64,000 nucleotides of DNA from the human T2T-CHM13v2.0 reference genome, Homo sapiens. The DNA is taken from NCBI RefSeq assembly GCF_009914755.1, contig NC_060928.1. One strand, written 5' to 3'. Positions 1 to 63,667 of the stretch are shown piece by piece. The stretch's first letter is position 1, and every line of letters starts with the position of its first letter. The translations under genes and the position numbers were made by a program. The notes under the pieces are model-generated. The model saw only the letters and a program-made list of their open reading frames with translations. It was not told where the DNA came from and made no database searches.

Positions 1-153
1 GGGATTACAGGCATGTGCCACCACGCCCAGCTAATTTTTTGTATTTTTAGTAGAGACCGGGTTTCTCCATGTCAGTCAGGCTGGTCTCGAACTCCCACCT
101 GCCTCAGCCTCCCAAAGTGCTAGGATTACAGGCGTGAGCCACTGCGCCCGGCC
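1..153 (-). mobile_element. AluS, cut by the window start
   Basis: Reverse-complement Alu left arm ending gcgcccggcc. Confidence 0.9.
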
Positions 154-265
154 ATTTTGTGTATATATTTCAATAGGCCCTGAACTTAAGTGATGAAAGT
201 ACACATCTTTATGTGGATTACTGAAAATCTCCAGTAATTGTTATATTTAAACAATTTTCAACTGA

Positions 266-16965
<16,700 letters not shown>

Positions 16966-17419
16966 ACTGACTCTGAGAATATTGATAAGCCATTTATTAA
17001 AAGGAGTATTTACTAGAATTTTTTGTCATATAAAACTTGAATCAGGATTTTATGCCCCACATACTCTGGAACTTGAAGTATAATATACTTAATATAACAT
17101 AAAAAGCCAGTTGGGTTCTAAATTGTAGTTGAAACACAGAAAATGCCACTTTTCTGTTCCTGAAGAGGCTCTTTTGTGCATAATATTCTAAAATGAAGAC
17201 ATTTCAAGCTATACAAATTACTTCCAAGTTTTCATGATGTATGGGAAGATTTTCAGTAGGTGTATTATATTCACGGTACCAAATGCTGACCAGTGTTGCT
17301 CCATTTTTTAAATCTTGAAAAGGGTTTCTGTACTTACCTGGTTTGCCAAGTATGCCAGTGTAATGAAACTGCCCTTATTTTAAAAGCCAGTCAAAGATTC
17401 CACTGATTGACATTTGATA

Positions 17420-17425
17420 AATAAA
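17420..17425 (+). terminator. Proximal polyadenylation signal AATAAA (ABCE1 short 3'UTR)
   Basis: AATAAA followed by a U/GU-rich tract (tatgtttattgtttgttttc). Confidence 0.6.
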
Positions 17426-18532
17426 CATCAGGATTATGTTTATTGTTTGTTTTCAGTCTTTGCACTATATTACCAGTATATGGTTTCCGAGGAAGATTAT
17501 CTACTGCAAAACACCACTGTTGGAAAAATAGGTATTTTTAAATTGTTTTTAATCTTTTTTGGTGCTTTTAAACATGTTTAGCAAAAACCAATTCAGTTCC
17601 ATTCCCCGCAAAAAACCCCTAACTTTACTCTGAACTTTTTTTGTTTTTGCATTCCATGAGGTTCTGTATTCAGTCATTCTCTAGGTAATGTCATTTTTGT
17701 ACACATATATTTATATAATCACTGATTGAGATTTAGGAAAAAGCATTTCTAAAGAATATTTGCTTCCCTTAGAACTACAGACTCGAAATCTTTAAAGATG
17801 GTGCCTAAGCATCTATGTATTTTTTTTAAGTTCCACAGATTTTTCTGTTGGGCAGCCAAGGATTATAAACCACTTCCCTAAAGGCAACATTAATGCAAAA
17901 GTCCCCAGATGGCAATACAAAGTATCCCCTGGTACCACATATATTCATTTGTGAGTTTGGATATAGAGCACATTATCTAAACCATTTTGTAGTTCCAAAA
18001 ACCCATCTAAATTTCTTGAGTTCCTGAATTTTGAACAGGATTACCTGGAGCCTGGAGCCACTTTAAGTTGTACTTCTGACTAAACTGGAATTATGAGTGA
18101 GGAAGAGTGTTTACTAAATAAATGACTGGGGCAAGCAAAATTGAGGAGGAAATTAGAAACTGTTTGACAAACTTTAAGAGCTACTTGAAATAACAGAAGT
18201 CTTGATTAATATGCAAATAATGGCTAGAAAGTATGGTTTAACTGGACCCTATTATGCCTTTTAAAAATAATTTCAGTAACCCATAAATACATGTTGTAAA
18301 AAATTCAAATATACAGAATGGAATAAAAAAATGATCTCCCTTTATTACCCTCCCAAAGGTTACCAGCGTTTGAATTTAATAATGTATATTCTTTCATGCT
18401 TTTTTCTGTGCACTTACCTAAGTGTGAATATGTAAAGGGTTTGTTTTGTATACAAATGGGATTATACTAAAATAAGTAATGCCTATTTTTAAGGATAGGT
18501 TAAATTTGTGAATGATCATTTCAAATATATTG

Positions 18533-18538
18533 AATAAA
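18533..18538 (+). terminator. Distal polyadenylation signal AATAAA (ABCE1 long 3'UTR)
   Basis: Last AATAAA of the UTR-like block, with upstream TGTA motifs and downstream ttgttatt. Confidence 0.65.
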
Positions 18539-19034
18539 ATAAGCAAAAGCTATTGTTATTTACTGATCCTGGATTGTCTTAAAGAAAGTACTTGTGATAT
18601 AAGAGCACAGTTCTACTTACTGCTAATGACAGAATATGTATTAAACGTATTTTCATGTAAATGAAATCTTTAAAATATGTATCTTAAAATTTTACATAGC
18701 AACAGAAAGGCCTACAATTGCTAACACAAGAAAAATACTTATAAAATCAGTATAAAATCAATGCAGATGTTAGCAAAAGAATGAGACTACTTCATATGTC
18801 CTAATTGGAAAAAGTCTCAAATACTTAAAAAAACAAAAAACTGGAACAGTTTATTATACTACCATTTTTGTGAAAATATACAAAATATTGAAATAAAGGA
18901 ATACTCAAGAAACAGATTGCTTTTGACAAGGACAATTTGATCAAAGAATAGACGGGAAAAGGAGACATTTATATATACACATATATAATACCCTTTGAAT
19001 TTTACACTTTGCATGTGATTATAAATCATTGAAA

Positions 19035-19338
19035 TTTTGGGGTTTTTTTTTTGTTTGTTTGTTTTGAGATGGAGTCTCGCTCTGTCACCCAGGCTGGAGT
19101 GCAATGATGTGATATTCACTCACTGCAACCCGCCTCCTGGGTTCAAGCAATTCTGCCTCAGCCTCCTGAGTAGCTGGGATTACAGGCACCCACCACCACA
19201 CCCAGCTATTTTTGTATTTTTAGTAGAGACGGAGTTTCACCATGTAGGCCAGGCTGGTCTCAACTGGACCTCAGGTAATCCACCCGCCTTGGCCTCCCAA
19301 AGTGCTGGGATTACAGGCATGAGCCACCGCGCCCAGCC
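19035..19338 (-). mobile_element. AluS (intergenic)
   Basis: Reverse-complement dimer; TSD attgaa(a/g)tttt. Confidence 0.9.
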
Positions 19339-20364
19339 ATTGAAGTTTTTAAATCGTCATTGGATAATAATAGTGGCATCTGTAGCCACTTCTCTCCACA
19401 TTTGAGATAATACTGGATAATCCATATTTTCTGTGTTCACTTAGTGTAGTCTTAAAGGCAGTGTATTGATGCTACAACTGTTTTTTGCAATTTAGGTTAA
19501 CCTAATTTTAGACTACAAGCATTCTGAAGTCCAGTCTTGTATCTGTCTTAACACTCAGTATATATAGCATGGTGTCTGGCATGTAGTGGCCTACTGTATT
19601 GAAGGAATGAACCTGCATGCCACAGAGAAAGTAGGAAGACTACAAAACTGCTGTGTTGTATAATTTCCTTCATGTTCATCAATATACTTGGATACAGGTA
19701 TGTCAAGTCCTTAACCCCAGTGCCTAGTCTGCTGTGAGCACTCAGTGAGTGGTTCAGAAGAGAAAGTAATCATTCTGAGTTGGAATGTCAGAAAGGACTA
19801 CATAAAGGAATTAGGTCCCAGGAAAGAGTAACAGCACCCATCTTACTGAGTTGTTAAAAGGATAAGTGAGATAATCTACCTAAAGCAAAATACATGTCTG
19901 GTGAGAGGCAGAAAGGAACATGGGCATTTAAGAGATTAATGGAAGGAAATGATGGATATGGGCAGATTGTGATGAGCTTTCTGTGCCTTCCAGATTGAAG
20001 TTAGTTTTTTACATGCTGAAAGTAGTAGGACTTGAAGAGACAAAGCAAGGCCAGTTAGAGAAGCGGAAATATCCAGACAGTAGTTGTTCCGGAGCTTCTA
20101 CTTTAATTTTTCACCGCTTTGTCTTAATTTTTTTAAGCATTTCTACTCTGTCCACTTAATACATGCAGGTCTAAACTTGGCTGTATACTGTGCTGACTGT
20201 TGCTCTTGGAAGATTGTTTCCTTTGTAGTGTTTCAGTTTGTGAGCAGATGTTCAGTGAGGCTGTATCTGAAAATTCTGAGATTTTGTGTGGCAAATATCA
20301 TTTATCCTCAGCCCTGTACTCACCACCACTACCACCTCCTCTGCCAATGCCCAGTCCCACGTGG

Positions 20365-20760
20365 TTGGTCATAATTGGTCTAAGACATAGAAAATCCTCT
20401 TCCATACTTTCCTAGTCTCTTGCAGTTAAGCCATATGACCTAACTGCAAGAGAGTTCTAGCCAGTAAATTGAAACCTCTTGAGGTTTTTCTAGAAAATAC
20501 CTCAAGAAAACCTCGTTTTCCTAATAAAGGGAGATTATCATCTGGTACTGCTTCTTGAGGGTGTAATATATGGAGCAAGCATTTCATGCCCAGAAGGTGA
20601 CACATATAAGGGAAATGCAAAACAAGCTACAAGAATGTTACTCCTGACATTAAAATGCTGCACAACTGCCAGCAGCCACTTCTCTCCACATTTCTTGAGA
20701 AATAAATCCCTATTTGTTTAAACCTGGTTAAGTCAAACTGGTTTCCTGTTTGCCATCAAG
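20365..20760 (+). mobile_element. Old MLT1-family MaLR LTR remnant
   Basis: cttgcagtta..ccatatgacc..gttctagcca and 3' aataaatccctatttgtttaaac...tttcctgtt resemble old MLT1 consensus. Confidence 0.55.
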
Positions 20761-21391
20761 AAAGGTCTTTTCCTTGAGAGGCTCTCCATTTGCCTTCTGC
20801 CAGGGGAGCCAAGTGTGTTACCACCCTGGAACCACTTTTCAGTTTTCCTAGTTTGTGAGTTTCTGGACCTCAAACCTAAATGAATGTGGTAACATTTTCA
20901 GTGGTTGTTTTGTTTTTTGCCTTTAAGAAACTGGATCCCAGGCCAAGACAGTTTTGTCTGGGAATTTTTAATTTCACTCCTTTTCGCTGGGGTGACTCTG
21001 GCTTTAATGAAAATGTTAGTTCCAGCTCCCAACCTTGCATGTGCCTAAGTATAGGTCTCCCATGTCAATGGTCACTTTATATCTGTGCTTCTGGTTTCTT
21101 GTCTCCATTTATAAAAGTATCTTATAAAACTATACAGGACTTAAATGCTTTTACTACTAGTTTGGAAGGATGCAACAAGTAACAAATATATCCCTAGATA
21201 GGTAAATTGCAGTAGTTTGTTTTCTATTTGATCTGGAGGTCGTTAGTCCAAAGTCAAGGTTCTCATTTTTTTTAAAAAGAAATTGGCTTACTACACAGAA
21301 TTTTGTTATCAATCGGTTAACCTGCCAGTTCAGTTAAGAATATTCATAGGGATAGGAGGCCTTAAGAACCACACTCATCTACATTTACATC

Positions 21392-21684
<293 letters not shown>

Positions 21685-22099
21685 TACCATTAACATCTTT
21701 AATCTTTGTAATGCTTTTTACTAAATGTGAAAAATAAAATATAATTACAGGAATGTTATGTATTTTTAAAGGATTGCCTCTAAAGCCCCAGTTTCTCTAA
21801 TGAATTCATTATAGAAAAACCAGTTTCAAAAACTGATGTTTATACTATGTCTGTCTGTAGCTTTTCTTAGAAAACCCTATTAAACTATTCTGAGGGGTCC
21901 ACGTTTCATGAAGAACTCACAGATTAAGTTAGGGTGCAAAAGTTTATGAAGGGAAGCTGTGTTTAACTTCCTCTTTCATAGTTACTTACATTCTCATACT
22001 ATGCCCTAGACCCAGACCTAAGTCTTTGAATGAAAAGGGAAAGTTTAATTATTCAAAGTGAAAAGCAGGCCCTTTGTATCAGACACTTTTTGGAGACCG

Positions 22100-22487
22100 C
22101 TGACTTAATTTGGGTCACTGCCATGCACTTCTGGAGTGACCAATTCTGCAAGAGCCCCCCATCCAGCCACAAACACACCTCTTACTAACCAGCCCCAACA
22201 CTGGCTTCTCTTATTGACTCCATGGATAAACCCACGGGCATACTGCCAAGAACCTAATGTTTCCTTTCTCCTTCCTTTCTCCCTTTCCCACAAGGTTCTA
22301 TATTTTACTCAGCTCCTAAAGCAGTCTCAAAAGTTCCACATGCCAACTCTCGTTACCTTTATAACAGCTCATCCTCCTTCCCAGCCTGCTGACCCTGTTC
22401 CTAGATCACTCACTTTTCTGTCAAATACTTGAACTGAAAGAGGCTCTTGTTTCAGGTTCGGCCTCCTGAGGAAGCCAGGCTAACAGA
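22100..22487 (+). mobile_element. Degenerate ERVL LTR remnant (LTR16/LTR33-like)
   Basis: 3' end cttgtttcaggttcggcctcctgaggaagccaggctaaca resembles the ERVL LTR terminus. Confidence 0.4.
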
Positions 22488-23052
22488 AAGTTCATATTGT
22501 ATGTAAACAAGTATTGACTTGATAATATTCTTTGGTAACTTTTATAAAGAAAAACAGGCTTTAAGAAATTGAGTTTTCAGAGTATAAAGTAAGTATACTT
22601 TGTTTTCAAAACACTCAATTTGCTTTCACCTTTAGCCAACATAAATATCACTGAATGCTAAATGTAAAAACCATTAAAAAACAATTTAATCCATATTCTT
22701 AGATATTCTGCACATTCCCATTTAGTCATTGCAGAAAAAAAATGGTAGCACTAGCTATAAAATCACTTAAAACTAGACTCAAATACAAGTCCTACCACTT
22801 ACTAGTTGCATAACCCTAAGCAAGTAACTTGGCCTCAATTTCGTTATATAAACTAGGGAAAATTACACAGTACCCATAGATTATAAATTCTACATGGCTT
22901 TTAGTTGCATGTATGAGAATTGTCTTCTAGCTGGAAACATGTCATGGAAATCATTTATTTTAAGGAGTTTACAAAAATTCTCAAGATCTACATGCTATAT
23001 TACCTGGTTAACCCTGGAACCAAAGAATCACAAGCAGAATCAAGAGACAAAA

Positions 23053-23058
23053 TTTAAT
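23053..23058 (-). terminator. Distal polyadenylation signal ATTAAA of OTUD4
   Basis: Minus strand reads ATTAAA followed by ttttgtctcttgattctgcttgtgattctttggtt. Confidence 0.6.
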
Positions 23059-25853
23059 ATATGCACACAGTTTTATATATAATGCAGCATCACACCATGT
23101 AGGGCATTTACTCTTATTTTATACATTCAGATATGTTTGAAACACTTCTTAAGGCTACAAAACAGAACATAGAAAAATAAACAGGAATATATTCAACACT
23201 TACAAAAAGTGATATGATAAAGAATATAAAGTACTAGTTTCCTTTTAACACTTCAAAAGATATGTATATATACTTTTTTTTACAAGTAACATCACAAATG
23301 ATCACATCTTCACATGCTCTTAAAGTATTATTTGTACTCAGTGTAAGGCTATTATCGTTTTTCATACATAAAATTTTCTAGCTCTGTAACACAATGCAAT
23401 TTTTAATCCATTCAAGTAAGTTCAACCCCAAAGTTGCCGCTTCCCAGCATTAAGACATGCACCCACCCCTCTTCTAAGATTTTCTAAAACTTGTATTTCG
23501 GGGAGAAAGACCTCTTTTAAAAAATAATCCCAATTAGTGGGAGAGTAAATGGCTGACATTAGTAGCAAAACCTTAGTTATCTGAAAATAACATATTGGAA
23601 ATGAGACATTATTAGGATTTTAAACAAACAATAGCATTTAGACATAAAGTAGGAAGCAAAATACAGTAAACAGAAATAGTGTAGCCAAATATGCATTCTC
23701 TTCAGCTACACTAGAGTGGACCTTGCTTAGTACCCTTAAGTAAAAGACAAAACATTTACCTCATCTAAAAATGAAGGTAAAACGAAAGAGGCAAAAATAA
23801 ATATTGCTAGTTTCTAGGATGGCTGAATGTTTTCTAAACCAGAAATGGTTAGAAAGGAACTTTATTGCACCAAGTCAATCATAAGCAAGTTTGCAGTTCA
23901 CAGGCATTTTAATTCAACCTTGAGTCACAAAGGAAACAACACGCTGCAAGAATACAGTCTGCATTAAATAAGATATATCAGCATTGTGGTCTGGGAAAAC
24001 CTATGCTTGCCAGGACAAGGCAGGGTCTGAGCTTAGGTCTGCCATGAAAATGAATTTGTGGGTTATCAGTAAACAGTATGAGGACTACACAGATGCCAGC
24101 ATCCTGCTGCCAAGGAGACATGGGGCAAGAGTTGAAGATTTGAGAGGAAATGAAGAGACATACACAACACCAAAGGGAAAAGGGGGCTGGAATCAAGTTC
24201 AGCCAAAGCACCTAACACAAAAAACAGGTGAGCTTTGGTCAGTCTGTTCTTCAAAATATGTATGATCATAATATGGTGAAGTTTCATAATTTCCAACTCA
24301 AAAATACAAATGATCCTCAGTTCTATACTTTTGCCTCTATTCTCTTATAAAGAAATATGTCAACATAACAGTATGACATAACAGTTAAAATGAAGGACAA
24401 AAGCTTGCTTATCCTTAGTTTGACCTCAGCATAAGGCAAAATCCCCTGGACTAATACATTTAAAAACAAACTTAAAGGAAAAAAAGCGAAACCAACCTTC
24501 ATGCAAAGATTAATTTTAAAACTATCAAAAGTCAGTTCTTTTATTCCAGAGGTCACTGAGAAAAGTACCATCTGCTAAAATTCTCTTTCAAGCACTTCTT
24601 CCATCATATCCTAGAGGTGAGATATGGGAAACAGAAAGCAAATCAGTGTTTCCTTCAGGAGCTATATTCTGTTACTCAATTGAGGTAAGACAAAGTGACA
24701 ATGAAGATATGAGTAGTATTTCCTTCCAATTTTTAAACATTTTCAGAAGCTGAGATCAAACCCCAGTCAATAAAATGCAGGACACTAGAAGCAACAACTT
24801 ATTTTGGACTCCTGAGATCAAACACATTGAACTTTCAAATCTGGTGTTTGTATCAAAATGTGATTTTCATTAAAATCAGGTAAGCTAGTCCTACATAAAA
24901 AAGCATGAGCTGAAAGTGGAGGACCCTCTATCTTCTCATTCCTTAACTGAGCCACCGATGTTAAGAAAAAAATGGCTTAAGCGGTACCTTCAACAACTAT
25001 TCTAGTTAAGAAGGTGACAACAAATTCCTTTCAATAGGTTCTCTCAAGAAAAGTTTTCCACACAACCATCCCAGTCTTTACAATTTTTTACCTAGCACCA
25101 TCATAATAAAATGTTATCTTTCAAAGTGCTCTCTAAAATCCTGTTACATTATCTAAATGCTAATCACTACTCAAATCAGCAGTTACACAGACGTTAGGTA
25201 ATTAAAACAGCACAGAGGTAAATAACCATTATTACAGTACAGTGGCGATTCACTAGCCCAACTGGCATCCAAACATTCCCATAGGTTATCAGAGAACCCA
25301 GAAAACCCATCTGTTTCAGTTTGTCAAATTCAAGTGAATTGTATTTTCTTAAGTAATTTGCTTTACAAAAAAAGAAAGTCACCGCATCTGGTTTTGGCTA
25401 GGTATATTACACATGGCATGCAAAGAGAAATTACTACTATGTTATTTGCATAGCACTCAAACTTCCTGATCAGAAGATAATCTCAACATAATAAAAGAGT
25501 GGATTTTCACATTGGTATGCACAAATAAAGAATATAAGCTACAGTTATTTTTACAAAATAACACAGATGAATGAATACTGTGTTAATTCAGAGTTCAATC
25601 TCCAAATGAGAACAGAGTGCAACATGCAAAGGGAACCTCTAGTGAATACTGCAAAGACTGGAAGAAAACAGAATGTAAGATGTTACCTACCTAAGGGTAA
25701 CAAGCTATAAAATACAAAGCAAAACCATTTTCTAGCAGCATCCTCTAGAAAAGAACTAGAAGTCACAATCATATTATCTTCTATACAATAGTTCCAGCCC
25801 TGACAAGTAGAACATGCAAGTGTAAAGTGAAAGTGATACACAAGCAATGGTGC

Positions 25854-25869
25854 GGGGGGGGGGGGGGGG
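25854..25869. repeat. G16 mononucleotide run (C16 in the OTUD4 3'UTR)
   Basis: 16 consecutive G on +. Confidence 0.95.
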
Positions 25870-26822
25870 AGGAAGAAAACAACTCTAGAAACCTGTCAAG
25901 CTAAAAATTTTTAACATTTCTTCTCACAAAATATTTAGAATCTGTCAGTGCATTAGTGTTAAAGTGGCATTAAAAAAACTTCTGCAGTTCTAACTGATGC
26001 AGATTATTTTCAAAATGCATAGCATCTACATTTCTTTCGAGTAGGCACCATGATATTTACACCAGTGCTAAGAATTCTTGGTGGAAACAGCCATTTCATT
26101 GGATTTCCTACTATTCTTCTATGCAATCTCAACAAATACCAAAATTCAAAAATATACCTTATGAATATTAAAAGAACTATATACAACATTGCTAAGACAC
26201 AGTTAATAGGCTGCCTTATGTGAATATTAAAGAGAAGACATTATTCAAGTTTGACAGATATTGAGATGAAAGGCCTTTGGGTTGGAAGCATTTTAAAAGA
26301 CAACAGTGTTTTAGGCTGAGAATTGTTTGAGCCCAGTTTATGACTAAGGCATTGCATAATAAAATATACATTTCTATTTGGTGCAACGTTATGTTTGGAA
26401 TCTATAGTGTGTCAAATGGTATATTTTCTTGTCACTTTAGTAAACACTATAAAGCACACATTTCCAACATCTGAAATCAAACTTATAAACTTATAAGGAA
26501 AAAAGCCAAACACTAAATCTATAATGTTTTATATTAAGCTGTTTATAAAAAATACTTTAACAAACTTATCTTCTACTTTTTACGGGGACAGTCACTTGAT
26601 CAACAAACAGATTCTGAATGAAGAAAACTGGCAATGCCAGGAATTAACCTGCCCCCTTGAACTCATGTCCAAAATGTCTTGTCCAGTATGGGAGTGAAGG
26701 TAAGGGGGGCTGGGGAGAGGAAAGAGTTCCAACTGCGGTTTTTACTTTATTGTATTTTTTTTAAAGCCTTCAGAAACATTCCACCTAAGAGTTTCTGTTA
26801 GAAAATACTTCGGCAACAACCA

Positions 26823-61117
<34,295 letters not shown>

Positions 61118-62506
61118 CTGCAAAAAATAAATCTATTAGAAATGTCATCTAACATATATGCCAAAACAGTTAACCGCTTCGCTGTGTAAACATTCACTGT
61201 GAATTACTGAGTTTGTACATAAACCTAAAATACCTCAGTATTATTTAAAAATATGTACATAATCTAATTATGAAAACATATAGCAATCATTAAAGACTAT
61301 AAACATACAAAAGAATTTAAAGAAGGAAATTCTGTCAGGAAAGGTTTCCTGAAAGAAGAGTGACTCAAGATGAATGCTGGACAGGATCTGGATGGCAACA
61401 GGCAGCTGATACTCTACAGAGAGGGCCAATGTGGCGTGAGGAGGAAGAGGAACACTGTGTTGGGAAGACAAGCAATCTGGCCAGCTGGAGCAGGACAACC
61501 TGTTGTGGAACTGAGTGGGAGAAGAACCCAAAGGGGGGCCTGTTTACAGAGGGCCTTGAGCCCAGGCAGGACTTGAAGGCTAGATGAGAAAGGCCATTCA
61601 AGGCCACTTCAGGTGACATTCTGAACTGAGAAATTATATGATGAAAGCAGTGCTTTAACTTGGTAGTGACCAGTGTGTAGAAGGGAATAAAACAAAGACT
61701 GACTTACAAGCTAAGAAATAGTATAGCTTAATAATACAGATAAGAGTACTCATTGTCTCTCAAGTGATACTAGAAAGAGCGATGAGAACTAGTAAGGCGA
61801 AAAATATTTTGAAGCATCAACAAAATTTTTCTAATACAGCTTGCTTCATCGCTTCATTGTTACTTTGACATAAAAACAGTTTATTCAAGCTGTGTAATAA
61901 CACAACCTTTTTTATGTTTCTTTAATAGCAATCGCACTCATTTGAGAAATCTCTAAAAGTCATTTGTTGAACCACCAAATTCAATTGCGTTTAAATTACA
62001 GTCCCAGTTGATTTAGCAGAGATATACTTAAAGACATTAAAGTATACTCCCTTGTCTATAAAATCTTTTAAGCACCCTTGGATTTTAAGATTGAGATTCT
62101 TTCATAGATTATATAATGTCAAATTGCCAAAAATATCTTAAATTTCGAAAGATATTTATAATAAAAGAGCCATATATATTAAAGAGCCCACCAATAAAGG
62201 GCTACTGTTCTGTATTAGATGATTATAGGTCTAAGGAAAAAAAAAACACAGAACCATTTAAAGTTACTAGAGACTGCAGAATTCTGACACAAGCCTGCAT
62301 CCTCTCTGAGAGTCTCCTTTCTGAGCAGAAAGCGTCCACCTATGCCATGGCTGAACAATGTCAGTAACAAGGCATAATACTTTCTACAACATCTCTTTCC
62401 AATTCTGGACAACTGAAACTGCTTGAAGGTTCATAAAAGGAAAGTGAAACTTTTCCCCATGGAACTTTCAACCTCTGATCATACCTCATAAAATTATATG
62501 GACTAA

Positions 62507-62861
<355 letters not shown>

Positions 62862-63403
62862 TCAACCAATGTTAGCAATGTCCATTATTATCAACACAGT
62901 TTTACCCTCTGGGGCCAATGATTAATAAGAATTAATTTAAAGACCATTCCACCTCCCCACTTCCCTTCTCTACCACACCTCTGCACTCTCTTATCTAGCC
63001 TCTGCGTTACCAGGTTTTTTTAATAAAACAAGGTTTCAAGCCTATCATTTGCAAAGTATTATATCAACATTCTCTACCAGTCAACTGGGGGAAATAACAC
63101 CCAAAGTTGTCAGATTACATAATTCTAGGTCTTAAAACCAGTAAGTAATAAATCCTGTAAGACTTTGAATGTAAAATGAAAACAGGTCACTGTGGCATCT
63201 TATTTCACATACTACTGAGAAAATTATATTAAGCTGTTATACAACATTTTATTAACTATTAATCACTACTTACATAATTATAATGTTCTGACATGTGAGT
63301 TCACACTGAACCCTGAAAATTAAAAACCTATGAATGCCTTCTGATAAAATTAAGGGTTCAGCATTACTTACACTCAGCGTATTTTTTACACTGCAAGTCT
63401 GAA

Positions 63404-63667
63404 TTTTTTTTTTTTTTTTTTTGAGACAGAGTCTCACTCTGTCACCCAGGCTGTGGTGCAGCGGCGCAACTCGGCTCACTGCAACCTCTGCCTCCTGGGT
63501 TCGAGCAATCCTCGTGCCTCAGACTCAAGAGTAGCTGGGACTCAGGCATGTGCCACCATGCCACTACTTTTAGTAGACACAGAGTTTTGCCATGTTGGCC
63601 AAGCTGGTCTTGAACTCTTCACCTCCCAAAGTACTGGGATTACAGGTGTGAGCCACCATGCCCAGAC
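63404..63667 (-). mobile_element. AluS with deletions
   Basis: Reverse-complement dimer; TSD tgaattttttt. Confidence 0.87.

Larger units (their letters stand above)
16966..18565 (+). other. ABCE1: ABCE1 3'UTR (approximate end)
   Basis: Repeat-free AU-rich sequence after the stop, with AATAAA at 17420, 18117, 18322 and 18533. Confidence 0.75.
23030..26822 (-). other. OTUD4: OTUD4 ~3.8-kb 3'UTR (approximate end)
   Basis: Transposon-free block after the stop, ending at ATTAAA plus a U/GU-rich tract; many miRNA seed matches. Confidence 0.75.

Noticed and set aside
19037-19405. 122-aa intergenic ORF (and similar ORFs at 58795, 55440, 47688, 42129, 62598)
   Set aside because: Alu-derived peptides ([19 protein letters not shown]); no independent gene structure.
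20084-20415. Overlapping 96-aa and 71-aa intergenic ORFs
   Set aside because: Non-ATG starts, no recognisable homology, and they run into an LTR remnant.
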